This document shows positions 1 to 9,915 of a stretch of 64,000 nucleotides of DNA, one piece after another; position 1 is the stretch's first letter, and the number at the start of each line of letters is the position of its first letter. A program made the position numbers and the translations under genes. This DNA comes from an uncultured delta proteobacterium (GTDB lineage Bacteria; Desulfobacterota; Binatia; Binatales; Binataceae). The notes under the pieces were generated by a model that made no database searches, was not told the DNA's origin, and worked only from the letters and a program-made list of their open reading frames with translations. Location: the NCBI GenBank assembly GCA_963711565.1, contig CAVQEQ010000001.1:32001-96000 (forward strand), in the 5' to 3' direction.

Positions 1-9
1 GAGGATGCG

Positions 10-342
10 ATGAATCGCAAGCAGCTCGTACTTTCAGCCGCCCTGATCGTTCTGCTCGCGATGGATGCGTACTCGGTTTACCTCTACGGCTATGTCGGTT
101 TCTTCCGCATGGTCCTGGCGAATGTCGCCGGCGTCACCGCCTTCGTCGATCTCGTGATCGCGCTGGTTCTGATCCTTGCATGGATGGGCGACGACGCTCG
201 CGAGCGCAAAGTCTCCGCGCTGCCGTATCTGATACTCACTGTCGCGCTGGGCAGTGTCGGGCCGTTGGTCTATCTGATTCGCCGCTTCGCCGATCGCACC
301 GAACCGACCGCGTCCGTGGCGCCGCACGCAGTTCGCAACTAA
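10..342 (+). CDS. small membrane protein, DUF2834-like
   Basis: GAGGA RBS; 3 hydrophobic segments; DL..AL...W...DAR and LGSVGPLVYL motifs. Confidence 0.7.
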   Translation: MNRKQLVLSAALIVLLAMDAYSVYLYGYVGFFRMVLANVAGVTAFVDLVIALVLILAWMGDDARERKVSALPYLILTVALGSVGPLVYLIRRFADRTEPTASVAPHAVRN

Positions 343-1808
343 CTGCTCGCCAGCAGCACGGCGGCTTCCTTCTCGACGCGGGTGCCCTTGAAAAAGTTCG
401 GGTTCGCCTCACCCCAGAAGCGCACCGGATTAACGAACATGAAATCGCGGAAATCGTCATCCGTGATCAGCCCGTCCTCCACCAGCTCGTACGCCTCAGG
501 CACAACGTCTTTCATGTCCGGCACGTCGAAGTGTCCGATGTCCGAGCCGAACAGCACGTTGAGTTTCGCGCCGTACGGATTGGCTTTGCGGTTGAACGCG
601 TAAGCGTTGAGGGGGTCGTCGGCCTCGCATCCGAAATAAAAGTTATCGACGAACAACCCGCGGATATCCTCCGCTCGCTTGATCCTGCACGCGGCGAAAT
701 CGTCGAGCTCGCGAATCCCGCCGGTCGCGCCGCTCTGATCGCGCTCGAGAATCGTCTCGACACCGGGAGCGCCGGGCTTCTGTTCGATCTTGCCCTCGAC
801 CCACTTCCCACCGTACTCGCGAATGAGTTGAGCGAGCAGCTCGCGATTCAGGTTGGCCGGATTCGTTTCCTCGAGCGCCTCGCGATTGCGCTTCTTCCAA
901 TGGCCGATCAGATCGCAGTAAAGGCCGCATGCCCATCCAACTCCGCCTTCGAGGAAACCCATCTTGATTTGCGGAAACCGGCGCGTCACGCCGCCTAAGA
1001 AAATCGCCTTGCATACAGCCTCGCTGGCGGCGGCGAAATGCCCGATATGGTTGTAAACAAAATTCGTCGGCGAATTCCGCAATCCAACGCCGCGCGAACC
1101 GGAATGAAACGTCGGCGAAATTCCCAGCTCGACGCATTTCGCCCACACCGGATCGTAGCTGTACTCGCTGTCGAGCCCGAGCATGTCGAACCACGTGGCG
1201 AGTCGCGGCGCGTCCGGCGTCTCGGCGCCCATTGCCGGAATCCGCCGCCGAACCATGCTCGCCATCATCACGACTTTCAGCCCGAGTTCCTTCACCACGT
1301 ACTCGAGTTCCGCGCACGCTTCCTCCGGCGTGTGCATCGGGATCACCGCCGCGGGCGTCATGCGGTCGGAAAATTCTCTGAAAAATTCCGCGATGAACCG
1401 GTTGAACGCGCGGCAGGTCGCGCGCCGCGTTTCGTCATTGGGATGAAAGGGCACGCCGAGTCCGGCCGTCGGATAGAGTACAGTGAAATCCATTCCAAAT
1501 TCGTCGAGCCGTTCGTACAGCAGTCGCGGCAAAATCTCCGTCGCGCGATCGCGAGTATTCTTCGTCGGCAACGCCCAGAATGCTTCCTGCGCGCGGCGCT
1601 TGCGCTTGCGCTCTTCTTCCGAGGAGGTGAGCTGCTTCGACACCCGGCCGTTGAACGCGCGAAATCCCTCGACGGCGCGGCTGCCGCCGAATTTTTCCAA
1701 CTGCTCGACGATGATCGGCCCGAATTCTAACCAGTGCCCGTCGGCGTCGATCACCGGATGCTTGAGACTCGCGCGAATCCGTTGCGCTTCTGACTTCTCG
1801 CTGACCAT
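339..1808 (-). CDS. amidohydrolase family protein (Amidohydro_2 type)
   Basis: VIDADGH metal motif, FGSDIGHFD C-terminal motif; start moved to ATG 1808 behind GGAGGAG. Confidence 0.85.
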   Translation of the reverse strand: MVSEKSEAQRIRASLKHPVIDADGHWLEFGPIIVEQLEKFGGSRAVEGFRAFNGRVSKQLTSSEEERKRKRRAQEAFWALPTKNTRDRATEILPRLLYERLDEFGMDFTVLYPTAGLGVPFHPNDETRRATCRAFNRFIAEFFREFSDRMTPAAVIPMHTPEEACAELEYVVKELGLKVVMMASMVRRRIPAMGAETPDAPRLATWFDMLGLDSEYSYDPVWAKCVELGISPTFHSGSRGVGLRNSPTNFVYNHIGHFAAASEAVCKAIFLGGVTRRFPQIKMGFLEGGVGWACGLYCDLIGHWKKRNREALEETNPANLNRELLAQLIREYGGKWVEGKIEQKPGAPGVETILERDQSGATGGIRELDDFAACRIKRAEDIRGLFVDNFYFGCEADDPLNAYAFNRKANPYGAKLNVLFGSDIGHFDVPDMKDVVPEAYELVEDGLITDDDFRDFMFVNPVRFWGEANPNFFKGTRVEKEAAVLLASS

Positions 1809-2005
1809 CGCTTCTCCTCCAACTTTATTTTCGAAGCTTAGTATCGGAACCACGCGACCGCCAAGCGTATCGATGTGCCGCAGTTTCCAAACTGCACCGC
1901 TAAATCGACGCCCTCTAGGATCGCGCGCGCGCAACGTCTAGAATCCATCCCTTTCCAGTTCGCGCAATCGTTCCTTCTACCGGCGTCATTTCCCGGGAGG
2001 GTGAA

Positions 2006-3172
2006 TTGATCCCGATTCGCTATAACTTGCGCAGCCTGATGGTTCGCCGCGCCACTGCCGCGATGACGGCGTCGGTCGTCGCGCTCGTCGTGATGCTGCT
2101 GTTCATCTTGTCCGGCTTCGTCGCCGGCCTGCGCGCGACGGTGATGCAAAACGCGCTCCCCGACAACTACATCGTGCTCAGCCGCGGTGTCACCGACGAG
2201 GGCGGCAGCTTCATCACGCACGAGCAATACGAGATCATCAAGAGCCGCCCGCAAATCGCGACGACTGCCGACGGCCAGGCGCTGGTCTCGCCCGAAGTGA
2301 TCACGGGTTTCAATCCCGATCCCGCGGCGCCGGTAACCTCTGGCGTGATGTTCACGCTGCTTCGCGGCGTCTATCCGATCGGCTACCAGGTCCATCGCGG
2401 GATGCGCCTGGAGAGCGGGCGCTGGCCGAACGGCGGCGCAGCCGAGATGGTCGTCGGGCGCAAACTCGCCGCGCGTTATCCCAACCTGGCGGTCGGCAGC
2501 GATTTCAAATTCGGACCGCGCACTTTCAAAATCGTCGGCGTCTTTTCCGATCGGGACAGCGCGCGCGAGTCCGAGATGCTGACCGATCTCAACGTTTTGA
2601 CGCAGGAAGTCCACGTCGCCAACGGCTTCGAGGTGCTGCACGTCGTGCTCAAGCCCGGCACGCATGATGACTTCGCCAAATCGCTGACGACCGATTCGCG
2701 CGTCAGAGTGGATACGATGTCGGAGCAGGATTTTTACTCGAAGCAGACCCAGTTCGTCAACCAGTTGCGCGCGCTCGGCCTCATCGTTGCTCTTGTCCTG
2801 GCAATCGGCTCCGTGTTCGGCGCGATGAACACGATGTATTCCGCAGTCGCGCGACGCACCAGCGAAATCGGCGTGCTGCGAGTGCTGGGCTTCAGCCGCT
2901 TCAACGTGCTCGCGAGTTTCGTCATCGAGAGCATCGTGCTCGCGCTCGCCGGCGGCGTACTCGGCGAGATACTCGGCGTGCTGGTCGCGTATTCGACCGG
3001 GCTGAGCAGCCAGCTGATGAACGTCGGCGAATTCATCTTCAGATTTCGGCTGACGCCGGGCGCGTTCGTGTCGGGAATGATCGCCGCAGTCATAATCGGT
3101 GCGCTCGGCGGATTGCTGCCCGCGTGGCGCGCCTCACGGATCGGTCTCGTCGAATCGCTCCGCTCGGTTTGA
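2006..3172 (+). CDS. ABC transporter permease (MacB/FtsX family)
   Basis: NTMYSAVARRTSEIGVLRVLGF motif; 4-TM layout; GGAGG RBS before TTG. Confidence 0.9.
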   Translation: MIPIRYNLRSLMVRRATAAMTASVVALVVMLLFILSGFVAGLRATVMQNALPDNYIVLSRGVTDEGGSFITHEQYEIIKSRPQIATTADGQALVSPEVITGFNPDPAAPVTSGVMFTLLRGVYPIGYQVHRGMRLESGRWPNGGAAEMVVGRKLAARYPNLAVGSDFKFGPRTFKIVGVFSDRDSARESEMLTDLNVLTQEVHVANGFEVLHVVLKPGTHDDFAKSLTTDSRVRVDTMSEQDFYSKQTQFVNQLRALGLIVALVLAIGSVFGAMNTMYSAVARRTSEIGVLRVLGFSRFNVLASFVIESIVLALAGGVLGEILGVLVAYSTGLSSQLMNVGEFIFRFRLTPGAFVSGMIAAVIIGALGGLLPAWRASRIGLVESLRSV

Positions 3173-3184
3173 ACTAGAGTCATC

Positions 3185-4345
3185 GTGTTCAACTGGATCA
3201 AATTGATCGAACGCAACATGCGCCGGAATCTGCGCCGCACGATTCTCACGATTCTTACCATCGCGCTGGCCACCTTCATCTACACTGTCCTGGTGTCGGT
3301 GCCCGCTTCGATGGATCGCGTCGTCAAGGACGCGTCAGGCACGCTCCGTCTCATCATCAACAACAAGACCGCGCCGTGGGAGGATCTGCCCGCGCGCTAC
3401 TGCGACGACATCAAGAAAATGCCGGGCGTCGCCGCCTGCGTCGCGATCACGGGATGGCCCGCGACGTGGCGCAACGTCAGCGAGCCGGTCTTCGGCGTCG
3501 GTGCCGGCCCCGAGATAGGCGACGTGTTTCCGGACTACGCGCTGACCGCGGAGCAACGCCAAAGCACCCTCAGAGAAAAGCGCTCCGCCGTCGTCGGCGA
3601 AATTCTCATGCACAAATACGGCTGGAAGGTCGGCGATACCGTCACGCTACGCTCGACCGATTCGGACCACATGGAGATGACCTTTCTGATCACGGGCACG
3701 ATGAGGTCCAAGCGTTATCCCAACACCTTTCTGATGCGCCGCGACTACCTGATGGCTGCGCGCAAGGCGCACGGGCTGCCCGATGAAGACATCGCATGGA
3801 ACATAATAGTGCGCGCGACCAGCAACGACGCGATGGGCCCGCTCGCCACGCAGATCGACAATCACTTCGCCAACTCGGACGCCGAAACGCGGACCATGAC
3901 CGAGAGCGACGCGCTGTCTTCAGGCTTATCCGCCATCGGCAACATCCGCGCGATCGTTTTCGCGCTATGCCTCGTAGTGCTGCTGACAGTCCTACTCATA
4001 GCAGCCAACTCCACGGTCATGATGGTGCGGGAACAAATCAGCGACGTAGCTGTGATGCGCGCGCTAGGCTTCAGCCGCAACGCCGTAGCATTTCTCTTAT
4101 TCGGTGAGTGCGGCGCGATAGGACTGCTGGGCGGCATCATAGGAGCGGGATCCGCCTTATGGATGTTCTCAGGCGGCATAACGCTCGGCGCCGCGCTAGG
4201 CGGCAACGGCGCCCTATGGGTAACCCCCGCTCAAACCGTCAACGCACTAATCGCCGCACTGGCCGTCAGTCTGCTGAGCGGCATAGTTCCAATCCTGGAA
4301 GCAGTAAGACTCCCGCCGGCCCTGGCGTTCCGCAAAATAGTCTAA
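3185..4345 (+). CDS. ABC transporter permease (MacB/FtsX family), second subunit
   Basis: RNLRRTILT N-terminus; REQISDVAVMRALGF motif. Confidence 0.9.
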   Translation: MFNWIKLIERNMRRNLRRTILTILTIALATFIYTVLVSVPASMDRVVKDASGTLRLIINNKTAPWEDLPARYCDDIKKMPGVAACVAITGWPATWRNVSEPVFGVGAGPEIGDVFPDYALTAEQRQSTLREKRSAVVGEILMHKYGWKVGDTVTLRSTDSDHMEMTFLITGTMRSKRYPNTFLMRRDYLMAARKAHGLPDEDIAWNIIVRATSNDAMGPLATQIDNHFANSDAETRTMTESDALSSGLSAIGNIRAIVFALCLVVLLTVLLIAANSTVMMVREQISDVAVMRALGFSRNAVAFLLFGECGAIGLLGGIIGAGSALWMFSGGITLGAALGGNGALWVTPAQTVNALIAALAVSLLSGIVPILEAVRLPPALAFRKIV

Positions 4346-4359
4346 GTATGCGGATCCTA

Positions 4360-4436
4360 GTAGGACGAAATTTATTTCGTCGATTGTGTATCCTTTTTCT
4401 TTTGTGACGAAGGTGACGGAATAAATTCCGTCCTAC
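4360..4436. repeat. GTAG-type REP doublet (REPIN-like inverted pair)
   Basis: GTAGGACGAAATTTATTTCGTC (4360-4381) and inverted GACGGAATAAATTCCGTCCTAC (4415-4436), each with an internal hairpin, between convergent genes. Confidence 0.8.
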
Positions 4437-4441
4437 TACGA

Positions 4442-5320
4442 TCAAATCGTGTCGGACACGCCGGGGATGAACAACGGCTCCATTGCATAGCGATCAACGT
4501 CGGCTTCCATCTCCGCGCGCGCCGGAGCGGTGGCCTTGACGCTCGCCGCATCCAGGATGTCGCGCAGAAGCGTCGCGTCGCTCGACGTATTCAGGAACAG
4601 TCCCGGCTGGCTCAGCACAAAATGCACGCCGCGGCGGATCGCCTCGCGATCGCGCAGCGGCTCGTACCAGCTAAATTTTCGGCCGTCGCCATTTTGCCAT
4701 CGCCGCCGAGCCACCGATTTGATCGTCTGCGTCGCGACACCGCGCTCGCGGCAGACTTTCAACAGCGCCTCAACGTCTTCCTCATACGATTTGATTTCCA
4801 GCATGGTGAAATTGTACGGGAACAGCACGGAGTCGAACGCGAATCGCTCCAGGCTGCGGCGATGCATCGCGGCAACCTGCGAACCATGACCGGTCACGCC
4901 GATGAACCGCACCAGTCCCTGCGTTCGCGCCTCAACCAGAGCCTCGAGCGCACCACCCGCTCCCAGAGCCGTCGCCCATTCATTCTCAGCGACGAGGTTG
5001 TGCATCTGGATCAGATCGATCTGATCGACGCGGAGCCGTTCCAGCGAACGATGGACGCTGTCGCGCGCGCCCTGATACGTGCGGTCGCCGGTCTTGGTGG
5101 CGAGAAAAAACCGCTTGCGATGCTCCCGCATCCACGGCCCGATCCGCAACTCCGACTCGCCGTACGACGCCGCCGTGTCGATATGATTGATGCCGTATTC
5201 GAGCAGCAGCTCGAGCACAGCGTCGGCCTTGTCCTGCTTCATGCCGCCGAGCGCAGCCGCGCCAAAGAGAATCCGCGTACTCTGATGTCCGGTCTTCCCA
5301 AATGGATTTGTATCGATCAC
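4442..5320 (-). CDS. aldo/keto reductase
   Basis: GINHIDTAASYG, LATKT, SLERL, IGVTGH motifs; GTG start behind GAGGTG. Confidence 0.9.
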   Translation of the reverse strand: MIDTNPFGKTGHQSTRILFGAAALGGMKQDKADAVLELLLEYGINHIDTAASYGESELRIGPWMREHRKRFFLATKTGDRTYQGARDSVHRSLERLRVDQIDLIQMHNLVAENEWATALGAGGALEALVEARTQGLVRFIGVTGHGSQVAAMHRRSLERFAFDSVLFPYNFTMLEIKSYEEDVEALLKVCRERGVATQTIKSVARRRWQNGDGRKFSWYEPLRDREAIRRGVHFVLSQPGLFLNTSSDATLLRDILDAASVKATAPARAEMEADVDRYAMEPLFIPGVSDTI

Positions 5321-5390
5321 GGCAGTCACCTCGGCGAAATTTTTCTCAGTCGTAATCTTACCGCGAACCACCGCGCATCGCGAAGATTGA

Positions 5391-5419
5391 TTGTAATTTC
5401 AATAAATCTCGGCTACGTT
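5391..5419 (+). promoter_or_regulatory. candidate sigma70 promoter
   Basis: TTGTAA-N17-TACGTT upstream of small ORF and methyltransferase. Confidence 0.35.
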
Positions 5420-5449
5420 CGCTCCATCTTCCCGAAGGAGGTGCGTTTC

Positions 5450-5515
5450 ATGATGACGAGTAAGCCACTTGCCCCGGAACTCCGCGAAACGCGCCTGCCG
5501 TCTCGCCGCCGCTAA
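5450..5515 (+). CDS. putative 21-aa leader peptide MMTSKPLAPELRETRLPSRRR
   Basis: Perfect AAGGAGGT Shine-Dalgarno (5435-5442) 7 nt before ATG; TAA at 5513-5515. Confidence 0.5.
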   Translation: MMTSKPLAPELRETRLPSRRR

Positions 5516-5645
5516 CCAGTTCGCGTCATTCCAGATCCGGCAGAGCGTTTCGCGATGCGCAGTTGTGCGCCGTGGACGCGCCTTCGCATTCGTGCGACTT
5601 CGTTCCGCGGCAGGATTAACGCCGAGACAAATGGGAGCGAACAAA

Positions 5646-6395
5646 TTGAACCTTTTCGAATTCTACGCAACGATCGAGCGATATCACACAATCCAGAATC
5701 CAACTTCCGAAGAGAAGCTAGATTTGGCGATGCACTACTGCGGCGTGCGCGACGGAATGCGCATCCTCAACGTCGGATGCGGCAAGGGATGGCTGCTGCG
5801 CCGGCTGGCAAAACAGTTCGACATTCAGGCGACAGGCCTTGAAATCAATCCTGCCTTCGCCGCCGAGGCACGACATCTGACTGCCGCGGAAAATCTCACC
5901 GATAGAATTCATATCGTTGAAGGACCCGCGATCGAGTTTCATCCCGAGCCGGCCAGCTTCGACGTAGTGATGTGCATCGGCGCGTCATTCGCGCTCGGTG
6001 GCTTCGAGCCCGCGCTCGATTGGATGAGCCGCGCGGCGAAGCATGGCGGCGCAATCGCGCTCGGCGAAGTGTTCGCGATAGAACTGCCCTATCCCCCGGA
6101 AGTGCCGCGCGGAGCCCGGGCCAACACCGACTACCCCGACCGGTCGCTGTGGACGACGGTTCAGACGATGCGCGCGCACGGGATGCCGTTGCGCGGGCTC
6201 ATCGAAGCTTCGATCGACGATTGGCACCGCTATCACTCGCTGCATTGGCACGCCGCGATAGACTGGGCGCTCGAGAATCCCGGCCATCCCGACGCGGCGG
6301 TGCTTAGCGATCCCGCCGGAATGCGGCGCAACCTGGAACTCGACGGCCGTTATATGGGCTGGGCAATCTTCGTCGCGCGCAACGGTCTGGATTGA
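5646..6395 (+). CDS. class I SAM-dependent methyltransferase (YjhP-like)
   Basis: H.I.NP, ILNVGCGKG motif I, CIGAS; start TTG 5646 (GGGAG RBS) or ATG 5631. Confidence 0.85.
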   Translation: MNLFEFYATIERYHTIQNPTSEEKLDLAMHYCGVRDGMRILNVGCGKGWLLRRLAKQFDIQATGLEINPAFAAEARHLTAAENLTDRIHIVEGPAIEFHPEPASFDVVMCIGASFALGGFEPALDWMSRAAKHGGAIALGEVFAIELPYPPEVPRGARANTDYPDRSLWTTVQTMRAHGMPLRGLIEASIDDWHRYHSLHWHAAIDWALENPGHPDAAVLSDPAGMRRNLELDGRYMGWAIFVARNGLD

Positions 6396-6473
6396 TCATC
6401 GACATGTAACATCGCAAAACTCTTGCGCTTGCCGCCGGTAAATGCAGAAATCGAATCGAGGAAACAAAATTAG

Positions 6474-7049
6474 ATGGGGCCAACAGGCAAAGCAATTTTT
6501 CTCACCAAGGGCGTCGGCAGGCATCGCGAGAAACTCACCTCGTTCGAGCTCGCACTGCGCGACGCGCGGATCGCCGAATTCAATCTCGTGCGCGTCAGTT
6601 CGATTTTTCCTCCCGGCTGCAGAGTCGTCTCGATCCAGGATGGGCTGAAGACGCTGACCCCCGGCCAGATCGTGTACGCCGTCATGTACGACAACTCGAC
6701 CGACGAGCCGCATCGCCTGATGGCCTCCTCGGTCGGCCTCGCGATTCCCGCCGACAAGGATCAGTACGGCTACCTGTCCGAGCACAAGAGTTTCGGGCAG
6801 ACCGACGAGAAGGCGGGCGACTACGCCGAGGATCTCGCCGCCACGATGCTTGCGACGGCGCTCGGCGTGGACTTCGATCCGAACGTCAGCTACGACGAAC
6901 GCAAGGACGTGTGGAAGCTGTCGGATAAAATCGTGCAGACGCGCAACATCACGCAGTCCGCAATCGGCGATCGCGACGGCTTGTGGACGACGGTCGTGAC
7001 AGCAGCGGTGTTCGTGAATCTACCGACGACGGACAAACAGCCTGGATGA
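6474..7049 (+). CDS. pdaD: pyruvoyl-dependent arginine decarboxylase
   Basis: [22 protein letters not shown] (Ser-Ser self-cleavage site), YGYLSEH, WTTVV. Confidence 0.9.
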   Translation: MGPTGKAIFLTKGVGRHREKLTSFELALRDARIAEFNLVRVSSIFPPGCRVVSIQDGLKTLTPGQIVYAVMYDNSTDEPHRLMASSVGLAIPADKDQYGYLSEHKSFGQTDEKAGDYAEDLAATMLATALGVDFDPNVSYDERKDVWKLSDKIVQTRNITQSAIGDRDGLWTTVVTAAVFVNLPTTDKQPG

Positions 7050-7498
7050 ACCTCAGCGACCTCGAAAAGCGGATCACGGTTCTCGAAGACATCGAGGCGA
7101 TCAAGAAACTCAAGGCCCGTTACTGCGCGATCTGCGACGACAATCACGACCCGGCGAAAATCACGGCGCTGTTTGCACTCGACGGAATCTGGGAGGGCGC
7201 CGGCGTCGGGCGGCATCAGGGGCACGACGCGATTCGCAAACTTTTCCAGGGCTTCCAGGAACAGATCAGCTTCTCGCAGCACAACGTCATGAATCCGATC
7301 ATCAACGTCAACGGCGACCGCGCCACCGGCATCTGGTACTTCATCGGCCCGTTCACGATGCGCAGCGGAAATCGCGCGATGTGGCTTGGGGCGTGCTACG
7401 AAGACGATTACGTCAAGCTGAACGGTGAATGGAAATTTTCGCACCTGCGCGCAATCGGCAGGATGTCGGCGCCGTACGAAAAAGGCTGGGCGAAATAA
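7046..7498 (+). CDS. nuclear transport factor 2 / SnoaL-like protein
   Basis: [16 protein letters not shown]...NP.I, Y.D.Y.K.NGEWKF; ATGA overlap with pdaD. Confidence 0.85.
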   Translation: MNLSDLEKRITVLEDIEAIKKLKARYCAICDDNHDPAKITALFALDGIWEGAGVGRHQGHDAIRKLFQGFQEQISFSQHNVMNPIINVNGDRATGIWYFIGPFTMRSGNRAMWLGACYEDDYVKLNGEWKFSHLRAIGRMSAPYEKGWAK

Positions 7499-7501
7499 CC
7501 G

Positions 7502-8368
7502 CTACTCCGAACTGAACAACTCGAGCCGCTCGCTCACCACCTTCTTCACAGCCTCGCGCGCGCGCCCCAGGATCTTGTAGGGCGCCACTTCGTTCGGCTC
7601 CGCCGCCAGCCCCGCTTCGACTCCGCGCCGCCATGCGATCCGGATCTCGGTGTTGACGTGAACGATCGTCATGCCGGCCTTGATCGCGCGCCTGAAATCG
7701 TCGTCGTTGGTGCCCGACCCTCCGTGCAAGGTCATGAAGATTTTTGCCGCGGCTTTGATCTCCGCGATGCGCTCGATGTTGAGCCGCTTCTGCACATCGC
7801 CGTGAACCATGCTCGCCAGCATCCCGTGCATGTTGCCGACGGCCGGCGCGAGCACATCGACCTTGGTCGCATCGACGAATTGCCGGGCCTCCTCCGGCGT
7901 CGTCAAGATTCCAACACCCTCCGGAACCTTGTCGATCACGGCGGACGACGCGCCGATCCAGCCGATCTCGCCCTCGACCAGAATCGCTGGGTTGATCGAT
8001 TTGATTGCCTCGATCGCTTTTTTCGTCTGTTTGATATTTTCGTCGAACGGAAGCGCCGAGCCGTCGAAGATGATTTCGTCGAAGCCGGCTTTGGCGGCTT
8101 CCTCGGCGTGGGCGATCGAGTGAGTATGGTCGGCGTTCAGGAAAATCGGATAGTTGTACTCGTCGCGAATTGCCCGCACCAACGCCGCGGCCTGCGGCAC
8201 GCCGGTAAACTCGCGCTCTCCTTCGGACACGCCGACCATCACCGGCAGTTCCTTGTCGCGAGCGGCGGCGACGATTGAGTTGAACCCGACCAGATCCGAA
8301 AAGTTGAAATGGCCGACGGCGACCTTGTTCACTTCGGCCCGCTTGAGGACGTCACGCAGCGACAGCAT
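7502..8368 (-). CDS. fba: class II fructose-bisphosphate aldolase family protein
   Basis: LNADH, VEGEIG, AVGNMHG, LHGGSG, NTE motifs. Confidence 0.9.
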   Translation of the reverse strand: MLSLRDVLKRAEVNKVAVGHFNFSDLVGFNSIVAAARDKELPVMVGVSEGEREFTGVPQAAALVRAIRDEYNYPIFLNADHTHSIAHAEEAAKAGFDEIIFDGSALPFDENIKQTKKAIEAIKSINPAILVEGEIGWIGASSAVIDKVPEGVGILTTPEEARQFVDATKVDVLAPAVGNMHGMLASMVHGDVQKRLNIERIAEIKAAAKIFMTLHGGSGTNDDDFRRAIKAGMTIVHVNTEIRIAWRRGVEAGLAAEPNEVAPYKILGRAREAVKKVVSERLELFSSE

Positions 8369-9903
8369 CAGTTCATTCTCCATTTGCGGCCGTCGCGTTT
8401 GAGCAAATCTGCGGCGGCTGCCGGTCCCCACGAACCGGCGGCGTAGTTGGGGAAGTCAGCCGCCGGCGTCGCCTTCCATGCGTCCAGGATCGGATCGACG
8501 ACGCGCCATCCCGCGTCCACCGTGTCAGCGCGCTGGAACAGCGCCGGATCGCCGATCATGCAATCGAGCAGCAGCGTCTCGTAGCCAACGGCCGGTGCCG
8601 AGTGAAAGTAATCATCGTACTTGAAGCTCATATCGACGCCGCCCAGCGTGACCACGGGCCCGGGAATCTTGGCGCTGAAGCTGAGCGAGATGCCCTCGTT
8701 CGGTTGAATGTGCAAAATCAGCTCGTTCTGCTCGAGATGCTTGACGCCCGTCTGCCGGAACAGCAGCGCCGGCGGCGCTTTGAACTTGATCGCGATTTCG
8801 GTGAGGCGCTCCGCCATCCGCTTCCCCGTGCGAAGATAGAATGGCACGCCCGACCAGCGCCAGTTGTCGATCGCGAGCTTCATCGCGACGTAAGTCTCGG
8901 TGTTGGACTTGGGATCCACATGCGGCTCCGTGCGATAGCCTACGACCGGCTTGCCGTCCAGCGTGCCGGGCCCGTACTGTCCGCGCACCGCCCATTTCGG
9001 GACGTCCTCGGCTTTGAGCGGGCGGATTGCGCGCAGCACCTTGGTCTTCTCGTCACGCACCGCCTCGGAGTCGAACGAATTCGGCGGCTCCATCGCGGTG
9101 AGCGAGACCAATGCCAGGATGTGATTCGGCACCATGTCGCGCAGCGCGCCGGTCGCTTCGTAGAATGCGCCGCGCTCCTCGACGCCGACAGTTTCCGCCA
9201 CCGTGATTTGCACGTGGTCGATATAGCTATTGTTCCACAGCGGTTCGAAGAAACCGTTACCAAAGCGAAACGCCATGATGTTCTGAACGGTCTCTTTGCC
9301 CAGGTAGTGATCGATTCGATAGGTCTGATTCTCGTGGATGCACGCGGCAATCTCGCTATTGAGCGCATTGGCCGATTCCAAGTCGTGGCCGAACGGCTTT
9401 TCGATGATCACTCGTCGCCAATGACCGTCGGTTTCCTTGGTGAGTTCCGCGCCGGCCAACTGCTTCACGATCTCGCCGAAAAAGCTTGGCGACACCGCCG
9501 TGTAGAACAGGTAATTCCCCGGCGTCCCCTGCGCCTTGTCGATCTTCTCGAGCTCCGACTTGAGCTGCTGATAGGTCGCGGGATCCTTGAAGTCGCCCGC
9601 CATGTAAGAGAGGCGCTGGTCGAAGAATTTCCAGAGCTCGTCGCTGACCTTGGTTGTGGCGAATTGTTTGATCTGGTCGCCGAGCTGCTTGCGGAAATCT
9701 TCGGAACTCATCTGTACGTTGCTCACGCCGACGATCGCGAACTTGTCCGGCAGCAGTTTGTTGGCGTGCAGATTGTACAGCGCCGGCATCAGCAGCCGCT
9801 TGGTCAGGTCGCCGGTCGCGCCGAAGATGACGAACACGCACGGATCGCCAGCATGCCCGTGAGCAGCTTTGTTCGATACGTTCTTTGGTTCCGGGGTCGG
9901 CAT
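8368..9903 (-). CDS. zwf: glucose-6-phosphate dehydrogenase
   Basis: [32 protein letters not shown]. Confidence 0.97.
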   Translation of the reverse strand: MPTPEPKNVSNKAAHGHAGDPCVFVIFGATGDLTKRLLMPALYNLHANKLLPDKFAIVGVSNVQMSSEDFRKQLGDQIKQFATTKVSDELWKFFDQRLSYMAGDFKDPATYQQLKSELEKIDKAQGTPGNYLFYTAVSPSFFGEIVKQLAGAELTKETDGHWRRVIIEKPFGHDLESANALNSEIAACIHENQTYRIDHYLGKETVQNIMAFRFGNGFFEPLWNNSYIDHVQITVAETVGVEERGAFYEATGALRDMVPNHILALVSLTAMEPPNSFDSEAVRDEKTKVLRAIRPLKAEDVPKWAVRGQYGPGTLDGKPVVGYRTEPHVDPKSNTETYVAMKLAIDNWRWSGVPFYLRTGKRMAERLTEIAIKFKAPPALLFRQTGVKHLEQNELILHIQPNEGISLSFSAKIPGPVVTLGGVDMSFKYDDYFHSAPAVGYETLLLDCMIGDPALFQRADTVDAGWRVVDPILDAWKATPAADFPNYAAGSWGPAAAADLLKRDGRKWRMN

Positions 9904-9915
9904 CGTAAGTACCCG

